A DNA stretch of 48,136 nucleotides from Nitrosopumilus sp. (GTDB lineage Archaea; Thermoproteota; Nitrososphaeria; Nitrososphaerales; Nitrososphaeraceae): positions 1 to 48,136 of the forward strand of contig JACDHC010000001.1 of the NCBI GenBank assembly GCA_013821245.1, in the 5' to 3' direction. Below are positions 1 to 9,263 of the stretch, piece by piece. The notes under the pieces are model-generated. The model saw nothing but the letters and a program-made list of their open reading frames with translations, was not told the DNA's origin and ran no database searches. The translations under genes were made by a program, and so were the position numbers. The number at the start of each line of letters is the position of its first letter. Within the stretch, counting starts at the first letter, position 1.

Positions 1-661
1 CCAACACCTCAAAAGCTAAAGTTTTAGAACCCTCTACATAATACGGCCTCATATTTATATTAACTATACCATAACCATTAGAATCACCTATTACAGAGGC
101 TAACCTATTAGCATCATCATATGTGCCATCAACTGCTATAAATTTCGCACCATATGATAAGGCTTGAGCTATTTTCACATGTTCCAAATCAAAAGGAGCA
201 AAAATATAACATGGTAACTGGGCCTTGCTTGCGTGCGCTGCAGTTGCAGAGGCAAGATTACCAGTTGATGCGCAACCAACAGCAGGTAAATTCATTTCCT
301 TAGCTTTTGATATTGCAACTCCTGCAGGTCTATCCTTAAAAGAAAAAGTCGGGTTTACAGAGTCATTTTTAATATACAAGTTTTTTAATCCCCCTATCTT
401 ATTGCCTAAGTTATCCGCTTTTTGTAATGGAGTAATAGAGCCATTTAAACTAACGATATTTTCCTTATGCTCTATAGGAAGCATTTCAAAATATCTCCAA
501 TAAGTTAAATCAGATCTGTTCTCGAAGGTCTGTTTTGTTATATTATTGGAGAATTTATACAATACATCCAAAGGTCCAAAACAATCTTCACACACATACA
601 AGAATCTTGGGGAATACTCTTTATTACATTCTCTACACCTTAACGCTTTTATAATTCCCAT
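1..661 (-). CDS. thrC: Threonine synthase, 5' part (runs off the left edge)
   Basis: Not in the ORF track. Manual minus-strand translation from ATG at 661 gives MGIIKALRCRECNKEYSPRFLYVCEDCFGPLDV (N-terminal Zn ribbon), DSVNPTFSFKDRPA (PLP-lysine motif) and ASTGNLASA. Confidence 0.9.
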   Translation of the reverse strand, partial: MGIIKALRCRECNKEYSPRFLYVCEDCFGPLDVLYKFSNNITKQTFENRSDLTYWRYFEMLPIEHKENIVSLNGSITPLQKADNLGNKIGGLKNLYIKNDSVNPTFSFKDRPAGVAISKAKEMNLPAVGCASTGNLASATAAHASKAQLPCYIFAPFDLEHVKIAQALSYGAKFIAVDGTYDDANRLASVIGDSNGYGIVNINMRPYYVEGSKTLAFEVL

Positions 662-742
662 TATTTCCAATTAGTTATAATTAATATAATAGATAAATTT
701 CTCTAAATAATATTAAGTATTACTTAACTATTAGAAAAATGA

Positions 743-1069
743 CTATCGTAGTTCATTGTGAAAGCATGTTTTATTTCCAGTATGGCATATAGCATTAAAA
801 GAATCTACCAAATACACCAAAGCATCTGAATCACAATCTACCAATATTTTTTTTACAGGTTGAATATTTCCAGACTCTTCACCTTTCATCCATAGCTTAT
901 TATGAGATGTGCTCCAAAACCAAGCATTTCCGGTATCCATGGTTTTAGATAATGCATATTTGTTGATATATCCGACCATTAAAATATCTTTTGTATTAAT
1001 ATCTTGTACTACCACAGGTATCAGACCATTTCGTTTTTCAAAATCTATTTCATTAATGGTTTTTAGCAT
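743..1069 (-). CDS. hisI: Phosphoribosyl-AMP cyclohydrolase
   Basis: GLIPVVVQD, LWMKGEESGN, DCDSDA and CHTGNKTCF motifs. Confidence 0.95.
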   Translation of the reverse strand: MLKTINEIDFEKRNGLIPVVVQDINTKDILMVGYINKYALSKTMDTGNAWFWSTSHNKLWMKGEESGNIQPVKKILVDCDSDALVYLVDSFNAICHTGNKTCFHNELR

Positions 1070-1189
1070 TTAAAAATATTATAATACAATGATATAAATT
1101 TTTGCGTTATCTTCAATAATAAATCCTTAAGAAATAGTTTGGAGTAAACACTATTACAATCAATAACAGGTACAAAATAGTCACCCGAT

Positions 1190-2575
1190 ATGAATAACCA
1201 TCAGAACAACAAAGATGAGGAAAATAAAATTCTTCATATAGGATTTGATGACACCGATTCAACTAACGGAAAATGCACTACTCATTTGGCATATCTACTT
1301 ACAAATGTTTTGGTAAAAAAATTCAACGCAAATTTCATTGACTTTCCCTTATTAATTCGATTAAACCCCAATATCCCCCTTAAAACTAGAGGAAATGGTG
1401 CAGTCTGTTTAAGAATAAAAGGTAAAGAACATGATAAAATTAAAGAAGAGGCGATACATTTTATAGAAAATTACTCGGATTTAGAAAATGGCGCAAATCC
1501 AGGGTTAGCTTTTTATGAAGAAAACAACATCCCCAACGAGATAATCTCTTTAAGTAATAATGCAATGGATACAGTATTAAGCAAACAAATAGCGGAAAAA
1601 ATTGCAAGAAAAAACAGCATACAATATCACCTTTTTGGAAAAGGGTATGGTCTGGTGGGGGCATTAGCAGCAATAGGATGCTATCTCGATGCTGACCACA
1701 CTTATGAAACAATTGCGTATAGAAAAAAAGAAAATATTGGGACGATAAGAAAAATAGATAAATCAAAGGTTAAAGAAATAAGCGATAAATCGTTTCCACA
1801 CACTTTCAATAATTTTGACTATAGAAAAAAAAGAGTTTTAATTGCACCACATGGTCCTGATCCAGTTTTTTGTGGAATTCGTGGAGAAGATCCGATAATC
1901 ACCACACAATTCATCAAGAATCTGCAAATAGATGAGGACTTGGAAGGGTATATGGTTTATAGATCAAATCAGGGAACAAATTTACACTTGACTAAAGAAA
2001 GAAGGTTTTCAGGTATACTGCCTTTTACTTCAGGCCATATCAGTTGTCAATTGGTTACAAAGCCCAACATCATCAATGGTGGACACGTAATCTTTTACGT
2101 AAAGGATGATTTCAACGATGTTTTACCTGTTGCGGTTTATGAACCCACACGGTTAACTAAAATCGCGGCTTTATTAGAAATAGATGACAAAATTGAAATA
2201 GGATACGGAGCGCATATTAAATCAAATAAAAAAACACTAAATCTAGAGTATCTAAGTATAAAGGAGCTAAAAGAAGCATCATATTTTAAAAATCCCGTAT
2301 GTGGAAAATGCAATAAGAATATGAAGTCAGAAGGGAAAAACAAGGGATTCCAATGCCCAAGGTGCAAAACTAAAAAAAACAATGAAGTCAAAACAGCAAT
2401 AAAAAAAGACAGAGGGTTAACATGTGGTTTATACATTCCTGATCCCATAGCCCATAGGCACCTAACAAAACCGTATTTTAGGTATTATAAAGAGAAAAAA
2501 TATGATAAAAAACAGATATTATGCTTGTTAAAAAACACACAATGGATTTCAAAAAATAGCGGGGGGTTGATTTGA
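1190..2575 (+). CDS. tiaS: tRNA(Ile2) 2-agmatinylcytidine synthetase
   Basis: IGFDDTDS..G.CTT, LIRLNPNIPLKTRGNGAV, PHGPDPVFCGIRGE, SNQGT, OB-fold GGHV, C-terminal CxxC..CxxC ribbon and RHLTKP. Confidence 0.95.
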   Translation: MNNHQNNKDEENKILHIGFDDTDSTNGKCTTHLAYLLTNVLVKKFNANFIDFPLLIRLNPNIPLKTRGNGAVCLRIKGKEHDKIKEEAIHFIENYSDLENGANPGLAFYEENNIPNEIISLSNNAMDTVLSKQIAEKIARKNSIQYHLFGKGYGLVGALAAIGCYLDADHTYETIAYRKKENIGTIRKIDKSKVKEISDKSFPHTFNNFDYRKKRVLIAPHGPDPVFCGIRGEDPIITTQFIKNLQIDEDLEGYMVYRSNQGTNLHLTKERRFSGILPFTSGHISCQLVTKPNIINGGHVIFYVKDDFNDVLPVAVYEPTRLTKIAALLEIDDKIEIGYGAHIKSNKKTLNLEYLSIKELKEASYFKNPVCGKCNKNMKSEGKNKGFQCPRCKTKKNNEVKTAIKKDRGLTCGLYIPDPIAHRHLTKPYFRYYKEKKYDKKQILCLLKNTQWISKNSGGLI

Positions 2576-2679
2576 ACCTACGGCTGGCTGTTTTATCAAA
2601 GCACAGTAACCGCTCTGCGGGTTATGAGCCCGCCGGGATAACCTAGCCCCCTAAAAAGGTCTGGCTTCCCCACCCCGCT
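2557..2679 (-). tRNA. Initiator tRNA-Met (CAT) with two non-canonical introns (18 nt at 18/19, 2660-2643; 30 nt at 52/53, 2607-2578)
   Basis: Spliced sequence AGCGGGG TG GGGA AGCCAG|GTTA TCCC G GCGGG CTCATAA CCCGC AGAGC GGTT|G TTCAAAT CAACC CCCCGCT A. A1:U72 and consecutive G:C pairs in the anticodon stem mark an initiator. Both inserts fold as BHB motifs (AGCC/GGCT; GCGG/CCGT). Confidence 0.92.
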
Positions 2680-2795
2680 AATTAATAGTTGTAATATTAG
2701 GATTATATATATGATGACTAGGCATTTCAATATTAATAATTAATATAAAAAAATGAGACAAATATCAAACCAACAAAAATAAGACATATTTTAAA

Positions 2796-2913
2796 TGCGG
2801 GAGATGGGATTTGAACCCATGGACTCCTAAGAGATGAGGTTTCTCAATGGGCCTGGTTTCTGAGCTTCATGTATTTATATCTCACGCCTTTGACCAGGCT
2901 TGGCAACTCCCGC
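2796..2913 (-). tRNA. tRNA-Leu (CAG) with two introns (15 nt at 30/31, 2880-2866; 18 nt at 37/38, 2858-2841)
   Basis: Spliced sequence GCGGGAG TT GCC AAGCCTGGTCAAA GGC G TGAG|G CTCAGA|A CCTCA, long variable arm, ATGGG TTCAAAT CCCAT CTCCCGC A. BHB central helices CGTG/CATG and CTCA/TGAG. Confidence 0.9.
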
Positions 2914-3142
2914 ATAAATAGAATTTTTAGAAATCCACATATATATATCAATAAATTTCACAAGGCAATCATTTGAAAAACTAAAAATAAAAAACAATAA
3001 CAGATATAGTACAATATGAAAACTGGTTATGGTATCAACAGATGAGTTTTTTTAAAGTGACGTAAATTAAAACCCAACTTAGCTATCGAGTATTATAAAA
3101 TAAGGGTTTTATTAAAAACTAAAACAAGTATAAAATTAGAAA

Positions 3143-4069
3143 TCAATATTTATTCTCACCCAACAGGTTTACAAAAATATCATCCAAGGTTATAGGAGAT
3201 ACAGCAAATGATAAATTGTTATCCATTGCCAATTTAGATATTTCTTGCAAATTAGTTTCGAATGTGAATAGCCTAATGGAATTTGAGCTTATATTGATTA
3301 TTTTCCCAAAGGAGGAAAATAGGTCTTTGAAGCCAACGTTATTGTATTTGCCTGATTCATGGATATCTATCCGTATCTGGTAATTTAGCGTATTTCGTAA
3401 ATCAGTCATATTACCTTTTGAAATAACTTTACCTTTATCTAAAATAAAAATAGAATCAGATAATAATTCTGCCTCATCCATATAATGAGTAGTCAAAACT
3501 ATTGTTCTGCCTTTATTTTTCCAATCCTTAATGATAGACCAAACCTGACGTCTAGAAACTGGATCTAAACCAATTGTGGGTTCATCTAGTAATAATAAAG
3601 GGGACTCTGTAGCCATGGCCATCCCAACTAAAATTTTCTGTTTCATGCCACCCGATAGATTCAAAACAGGAACATCTTTTGCAGAGTATAGGTCTAATCG
3701 GTTTAAGATGTCAGAAGTTTTTTTTGTTGCAGAACTGTTGTTTTCCCCTCTTATCTTTAACCAATTATAAATGTGATCCCATGGTGTCAATGCACGTAAT
3801 GGTCTTCCCTCTTGTGGAACGATTGAGACTATTTTACGTATTTTCTCTGGAGAGGATACAACATCATCACCAAACACCAATATTTTACCAGAAGAGGGCA
3901 ATAATTGAGTAGAGCAAATGCGAACAAATGTGGTTTTTCCAGCCCCGTTTCTTCCTAAAAGCGTAGATATTTTACCACCCTCTATTTTTAATGAAACGTC
4001 ATCCAAGGCCTTTTTGTTTGATCCTTTGTAGAGTTTACTTATGTTAAATGATTCAATAGCATAATACAT
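3143..4069 (-). CDS. ABC-2 type (DrrA-like) exporter ATP-binding subunit
   Basis: Walker A GRNGAGKTT, signature LSGGMKQK, Walker B LLLLDEPTIGLDP, LTTHYMDEAE, C-terminal TLDDIFV. Confidence 0.9.
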   Translation of the reverse strand: MYYAIESFNISKLYKGSNKKALDDVSLKIEGGKISTLLGRNGAGKTTFVRICSTQLLPSSGKILVFGDDVVSSPEKIRKIVSIVPQEGRPLRALTPWDHIYNWLKIRGENNSSATKKTSDILNRLDLYSAKDVPVLNLSGGMKQKILVGMAMATESPLLLLDEPTIGLDPVSRRQVWSIIKDWKNKGRTIVLTTHYMDEAELLSDSIFILDKGKVISKGNMTDLRNTLNYQIRIDIHESGKYNNVGFKDLFSSFGKIINISSNSIRLFTFETNLQEISKLAMDNNLSFAVSPITLDDIFVNLLGENKY

Positions 4070-4110
4070 ATATACATCTTATTTCCGATATTAGAGAATA
4101 TTTTTAATAT

Positions 4111-5235
4111 TCATTTTTTAAATTCTTTTGCTAGATCCTTAAGTAGATTTTTTTGTTTATCATTGATCCTGTCAGGCAACTTGACCTCGACCTTTACGTA
4201 TTGGTCTCCTCTACCATATTTTCCATATCTTGGCAAACCCTTACCCTTAATTTTGAAAACAGAATTAGCTTTTGTACCTGCAGGTATCTTTAATTTTTCC
4301 GCTCCATCCAAAGTTGGAACACGCGCTTCTATACCCAATATCATGTCAACAAAAAAAACCTCAAAGTTGCAGATTAAATCACCTTCATCCATTACTTTAA
4401 AAAGATTGTGAGGTAAAACATGGATACGTATTAAAAGATCACCATTTACACCACCCTGCACGTGTTCTCCCTTTCCTGAAAGCCTTAAGGTTGTGCCATC
4501 TTCTATGCCAGGCGGAATATCGATATTAACAGTATTTGTTTTGTTGACTTTTCCGTGTCCTTTACAAACATTGCAAGGTTTTTCTATTATTTTACCTTCA
4601 CCCTGACATGTATTACAAGTTTCCAGGGAAATAAAGGTAGAAAACTGATTTTGATTATAAACTCTTCTTGTTTGTCCTTGTCCATTGCATGTTGCACATT
4701 TTTTGGGAGATGTACCAGGAGAGGCGCCTGAACCTGAGCATGTAGAGCAGTTTTCAATTGAAGGAATCTGAATTTCTTGTTTATGCCCTTTTAGAACATC
4801 TTCCAAGGTCATATCAACTTCATATAAAAGGTCTCTTCCCCTAATTCGCCTGTCATTACTTCTTGTGTTAAATCCGAAAGGATCGCTGCGACCTCTGCTG
4901 CCGCCGCCCATTCTGCCAAAGATCTGCTCAAAAATATCGCCTACACCACCAAATCCCATATCTTTAAAGATTTCAGCAAAGTTATCCTCAGAGCCTCTGA
5001 ATACTTCTTCTGTTCCGACATGACCATAAGTATCATAGCGTTTACGTTTATCTTGATCTGACAAAACAGCATATGCTTCAGAAATTTCTTTAAATTTTTC
5101 TTCCGCTTCGGGGGACTTATTACGGTCGGGGTGGTATTTTAAAGCTAATTTTCTGTATGCGGACTTTATTTCATCTTTAGATGCGTTTCTTGAAATACTC
5201 AATACTTCATAATAATCTCTTTTAGATGTCATCAC
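4111..5235 (-). CDS. dnaJ: Chaperone DnaJ
   Basis: J-domain with HPD, G/F-rich region, four CxxCxGxG repeats. Confidence 0.97.
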   Translation of the reverse strand: MMTSKRDYYEVLSISRNASKDEIKSAYRKLALKYHPDRNKSPEAEEKFKEISEAYAVLSDQDKRKRYDTYGHVGTEEVFRGSEDNFAEIFKDMGFGGVGDIFEQIFGRMGGGSRGRSDPFGFNTRSNDRRIRGRDLLYEVDMTLEDVLKGHKQEIQIPSIENCSTCSGSGASPGTSPKKCATCNGQGQTRRVYNQNQFSTFISLETCNTCQGEGKIIEKPCNVCKGHGKVNKTNTVNIDIPPGIEDGTTLRLSGKGEHVQGGVNGDLLIRIHVLPHNLFKVMDEGDLICNFEVFFVDMILGIEARVPTLDGAEKLKIPAGTKANSVFKIKGKGLPRYGKYGRGDQYVKVEVKLPDRINDKQKNLLKDLAKEFKK

Positions 5236-5273
5236 AAATCATAAAATAAATAGAGAATGAGAGTCACAATAGA

Positions 5274-7163
5274 TCAAGTACTGGTACTTGGATTGGACGT
5301 ACCCGAACTGGATTGTGATGGTTCTCCGGCATTTTGGTTAGGGTCATTTTCATTTGGAGGAACATTACCACCAGATTCAGCTGAACCGGTAGGGGATTTT
5401 GCAGCAGCAGCAGATTGATATGCAGCAACACTAATTTCACTAAGAGCATTCTTTAGGTCAGTTACCTTTGTTTTCATAGTATCAATACTGTTAGTTGAAA
5501 TAGCCTCTCTTAATTCACTAATAAGTTTAGTTACCTTATCTTTTTGATCTGGGGTAACTTTATCTTTCAGGTCCTGATTAATCAGTTTATCCGCAGAGTA
5601 CAATAGATTATCAGACTCATTTTTCAACTGCGCTTCCTCTATCTTCTTTTTATCAATTTCAGCAAACTCCTCTGATTCTTTTTTCAATTTTTCTATTTCC
5701 TCCTTAGATAATTTTGTGCTTGCAGAGATAGTAATTTTGGCTTCCTTAGATGTTGCCAAATCCTTTGCAGTTACATTTAAAATTCCATTAGTATCTATAT
5801 CAAATGTTACCTCAATTTGAGGAACGCCTCTAGGTGCAGGCGGTATGCCAGATAAATTAAACATACCCAGAGAAACACAGTCTGAAGCCATAGATCGTTC
5901 TCCCTGAACTACATGAATAGTTACCGCAGTTTGATAATCAGCAGCAGTTGTGAATACTTTGCTTTTTTTGGTAGGAATAGTAGTGTTACGTTCAATTAAA
6001 GCCTCTTTGAGTCCCCCCATGACCTCCACTCCAAGAGTTAGCGGAGTCACATCCACCAATAAAATATCTGTTGTTACCTCGCCAGAAATAATTGCCCCCT
6101 GTATTGCCGCGCCCAATGCTACTGCCTCCATTGGATCAACACCACCCTCAGGTTCTTTATTCATTACAGAGTTTACAAATTGTTTAACTAATGGCATTCT
6201 AGTAGGTCCCCCTACCAAAATTATTTTGTCAATATCAGAGGTATTTAGTTTGGCATCTTTTAAGGCTTGCAACATTGGATTTCTACATTTTTCAACAATA
6301 GGCCTCATCAACTCCTCCAACTTGGCCCTTGTCAATGTTAAAATGAAATTCTTTGGCCCAGAAGCAGCATCATAAGCCAAGAAGGGCAAGTTTATTTCAG
6401 TAGTAACTATGTTAGAAAGTTCGATTTTTGCTTTTTCAGTAGCTTCGCGAACCCTCATCATGGCTGCTTTATCATTTTTTATATCCAAACCAGACTGTTT
6501 TTTAAATTCGTTGACAAGATAATCTATCAATACATTATCCATATCGGTTCCTCCCAGTTGGGTATCCCCGGAGGTGCTTTTTACCTCAAATACACCCCCA
6601 CCCATTTCCATAATGGTAACGTCTAAGGTTCCACCTCCAAGATCAAACACCATGATTTTGAGGTCTTTTTGAACCTTATCCAATCCAAAAGCAAGAGAGG
6701 CAGCTGTGGGTTCATTGATTATTCTTACTACCTCCAAACCAGCAATCTCGCCTGCGTCTTTTGTTGCTTGACGTTGATTGTCGTTGAAATAGGCAGGAGC
6801 AGTAATAACGACTTTATCAACAGTATCACCAAGAAATGCCTCAGCATCCCTTTTAATTTTTTGTAGAATAAACGAGGAAATCTGTTGTGGGGTATACTCT
6901 TTCCCAAATACCCTAAATTTATAATCAGAACCCATTTTTCTTTTAGCAGCCATAACTGTACCTTCAGGATTGGAGAGCATTTGACGTCTTGCTGGTTCAC
7001 CAACCATCAATTGGCCATCTTTTGAAAAAGCAACAACGGACGGAAATGACTTTCCTCCGATTGAAGTACCTTCAGCAGCTTGAATTATTACAGGTTTTCC
7101 ACCAACTAAAGTTGATGCAGCAGAGTTGCTGGTTCCAAGATCGATTCCTATTATCTTTCCCAT
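5274..7163 (-). CDS. dnaK: Chaperone DnaK (Hsp70)
   Basis: [43 protein letters not shown]. Confidence 0.98.
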   Translation of the reverse strand: MGKIIGIDLGTSNSAASTLVGGKPVIIQAAEGTSIGGKSFPSVVAFSKDGQLMVGEPARRQMLSNPEGTVMAAKRKMGSDYKFRVFGKEYTPQQISSFILQKIKRDAEAFLGDTVDKVVITAPAYFNDNQRQATKDAGEIAGLEVVRIINEPTAASLAFGLDKVQKDLKIMVFDLGGGTLDVTIMEMGGGVFEVKSTSGDTQLGGTDMDNVLIDYLVNEFKKQSGLDIKNDKAAMMRVREATEKAKIELSNIVTTEINLPFLAYDAASGPKNFILTLTRAKLEELMRPIVEKCRNPMLQALKDAKLNTSDIDKIILVGGPTRMPLVKQFVNSVMNKEPEGGVDPMEAVALGAAIQGAIISGEVTTDILLVDVTPLTLGVEVMGGLKEALIERNTTIPTKKSKVFTTAADYQTAVTIHVVQGERSMASDCVSLGMFNLSGIPPAPRGVPQIEVTFDIDTNGILNVTAKDLATSKEAKITISASTKLSKEEIEKLKKESEEFAEIDKKKIEEAQLKNESDNLLYSADKLINQDLKDKVTPDQKDKVTKLISELREAISTNSIDTMKTKVTDLKNALSEISVAAYQSAAAAKSPTGSAESGGNVPPNENDPNQNAGEPSQSSSGTSNPSTST

Positions 7164-7889
7164 TTAGATTTCATCTCCTTGTCCATTATTATTATTATCC
7201 ATATTATTAACTATCTTTTTAGAAACCTCAACTAAACTCGGGCGTAAGACTCGATCATTTAACAAATACCCCTTACGAATTTCTTTTGTGACAATGTTTT
7301 CCTTTACATCATCATCATCACTATAGGAAAATCCTATAATTTCATGAAGATTAGGGTCGAACGCATTATTTAGTGACTCTATTTCTTTAATGCCTTCTTT
7401 TTCCAGAAAGATATTGATATTCTTTAAGATACTTTCTAATCCTTCAAATATTGCGTTATCAATTTTCTTTTGTTTTATTGTGTCTATTGCTCGAATAAAG
7501 TCTTCCCGTAGGTTGACAACTACGGACAATACATCGGCTTTAATGGACAGTATTTTCAAAGAGTTTTGTTTCTCTACATTCTTTCGAAAATTATCAAAAT
7601 CGGCCAAACTATATTTTAGTTTGTTAAATGTATCACTATACAGACTACGATAATGCTCTAGCTCATTTTTAGTATTATTTAACTCATTCAAGATATCCTT
7701 AGCAGATCTATCAGCATTTGTTGACGTTGATGGTGAATCAGAGTCCTTAGCAGATCTATCAGCATTTGTTGACGTTGATGGTGAATCAGAGTCCTTAGCA
7801 GATCTATCAGCATTTGTTGACGTTGATGGTGAATCAGAGTTCTCATCATTTTCCGATAGAGAAAAATTACCTTCTCTTTTTTTGTCCAT
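7164..7889 (-). CDS. grpE: Nucleotide exchange factor GrpE with a repeat-containing N-terminal extension
   Basis: ADFDNFRK, FDPNLHE, KGYLLNDRVLRPSLVEVSK; abuts dnaK. Confidence 0.95.
   Translation of the reverse strand: MDKKREGNFSLSENDENSDSPSTSTNADRSAKDSDSPSTSTNADRSAKDSDSPSTSTNADRSAKDILNELNNTKNELEHYRSLYSDTFNKLKYSLADFDNFRKNVEKQNSLKILSIKADVLSVVVNLREDFIRAIDTIKQKKIDNAIFEGLESILKNINIFLEKEGIKEIESLNNAFDPNLHEIIGFSYSDDDDVKENIVTKEIRKGYLLNDRVLRPSLVEVSKKIVNNMDNNNNGQGDEI
7696..7839. repeat. Perfect 48-bp tandem repeat x3 inside grpE
   Basis: Unit tccttagcagatctatcagcatttgttgacgttgatggtgaatcagag at 7696, 7744 and 7792; encodes repeated SDSPSTSTNADRSAKD. Confidence 0.97.
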
Positions 7890-8038
7890 AGCATAAAATC
7901 ATTAAAATCTAATAATTACATATCGATCCAGTGAATTGCGCTGCTATAGTTTAAGAGCGAGTATAAAAACATCAATACAATCAAAACTAATGAAAATAAA
8001 AAACTATGAAAATACTTTATTTATAAATTTCATTTGAA

Positions 8039-8470
8039 TTAAGCATAGTTGCTTTTAATTGACGATCTTGCACCACAAGCCTCACAAATCATAAATCCTA
8101 ATTTTTTAATTTTTTCTGTCCTCGTATCAGGGCTTCCGCAAACAGGGCAGATAACATAATCCTTTACGTACCTATCAATTAACCCACCAAAAGAAGATAT
8201 AGGTTTTCTACCTAAAAAGATAATTCTCTCACCAGCTATATAACCTGCAGAGGCCAATTCCTTATTTAGATACAATAATAGTTTTTCAGGATCTCTTCTC
8301 AAAGCTTTTGGAAAATCCATAAAATTTCTGAAAATAGTTCTCTGACCAACCCACATAATCTTTGGAGTTGGAACCTCAAGCCTAGCTACCTCTTTTTTTA
8401 CTACATTACCCAATTTATTTTGTAATCTGTCTAACAAGGATTCATAATCAGATTTAGCCTGAACGGACAC
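8039..8470 (-). CDS. eif2b: Translation initiation factor aIF-2 subunit beta
   Basis: YESLLDRL, TIFRNF, ALRRDPEKLLLYLNKEL, YVICPVCGSPDT..CEACGA. Confidence 0.93.
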   Translation of the reverse strand: MSVQAKSDYESLLDRLQNKLGNVVKKEVARLEVPTPKIMWVGQRTIFRNFMDFPKALRRDPEKLLLYLNKELASAGYIAGERIIFLGRKPISSFGGLIDRYVKDYVICPVCGSPDTRTEKIKKLGFMICEACGARSSIKSNYA

Positions 8471-8557
8471 ACTAATTATTACACCCCACCAATTAATTTA
8501 TGTTGTGGATACACAATATAGTAGATCGTAATGACCATTGGAAAGGATACCAAATAG

Positions 8558-9175
8558 TTAATTAATGCTAATCCACTCTAAAAATGGAGTTAACGTATTG
8601 AATGGCAACATTTCGGGTTTTTCGCAATTATAACTTACCATAACCATCCTACCCAACAACAAATTATGTAATTTTTTATCTATTTGATTATTTTTTAAAG
8701 GATCAAAAATTTCAAAAAAACATTTTTGATCATAATATGCTATGTGCTGAGAATAGCACGAGATAAGAATGGAGGGATCACGAGTAATTCTTTCATTGAT
8801 TTCAGACTCGCTAAACGAGGGGCTATCTTGAAATTCCACATAGATTTGTAAAACTCGCCTTTGATAATTTTCTTTAACTAACTCAATATTTGATTTTGTA
8901 ATTTTTTTAGAAAGGAGTATTTCTCGCTTTATTTGATCAATTGATCTTCTTGCAAGATCTTTGACTGAAACAATATCCAGATTTGATTTAATACCGAATT
9001 TTTTTCCAAATAAAAAAAATACTCCCACGATCTCATCCCTTTTAACAAATGGAAAATCCAAATTGCCTGCAAGAAATTCAGACACCCTCTTGGAAACATC
9101 AGAGGGTAAAAACATTCCCATGTACGAATCAGATATAATACTCAATACAAATAAGACAATAAAACAATATTTCAA
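8558..9175 (-). CDS. Hypothetical protein (true start may be about 18-20 codons downstream)
   Basis: 205-aa ORF, co-oriented between mcm and aIF2-beta; no motif recognised. Confidence 0.7.
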   Translation of the reverse strand: MKYCFIVLFVLSIISDSYMGMFLPSDVSKRVSEFLAGNLDFPFVKRDEIVGVFFLFGKKFGIKSNLDIVSVKDLARRSIDQIKREILLSKKITKSNIELVKENYQRRVLQIYVEFQDSPSFSESEINERITRDPSILISCYSQHIAYYDQKCFFEIFDPLKNNQIDKKLHNLLLGRMVMVSYNCEKPEMLPFNTLTPFLEWISIN

Positions 9176-9263
9176 GATTTAATTATTGAGTTAAATTGTT
9201 TGGTTTTACCTAATCAAATTGAATATCGATAACACAACTACCGTCCCTTTTCCCTCCTTTTCT

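Noticed and set aside
225-503. 92-aa plus-strand ORF
   Set aside because: Antisense shadow of thrC, which has clear motifs on the minus strand.
2557-2679. Calling the CAT tRNA next to tiaS a tRNA-Ile2
   Set aside because: A1:U72 and the GGG/CCC anticodon-stem pairs identify an initiator Met tRNA.
7696-7839. Possible CRISPR array, and the 68-aa alternative-frame ORF 7688-7894
   Set aside because: Units are contiguous with no spacers, in frame with grpE, and there are no cas genes; the alternative ORF is a by-product of the repeat.
7890-8038. CIRCE heat-shock operator upstream of grpE
   Set aside because: No TTAGCACTC-N9-GAGTGCTAA match seen, and no hrcA in the window.
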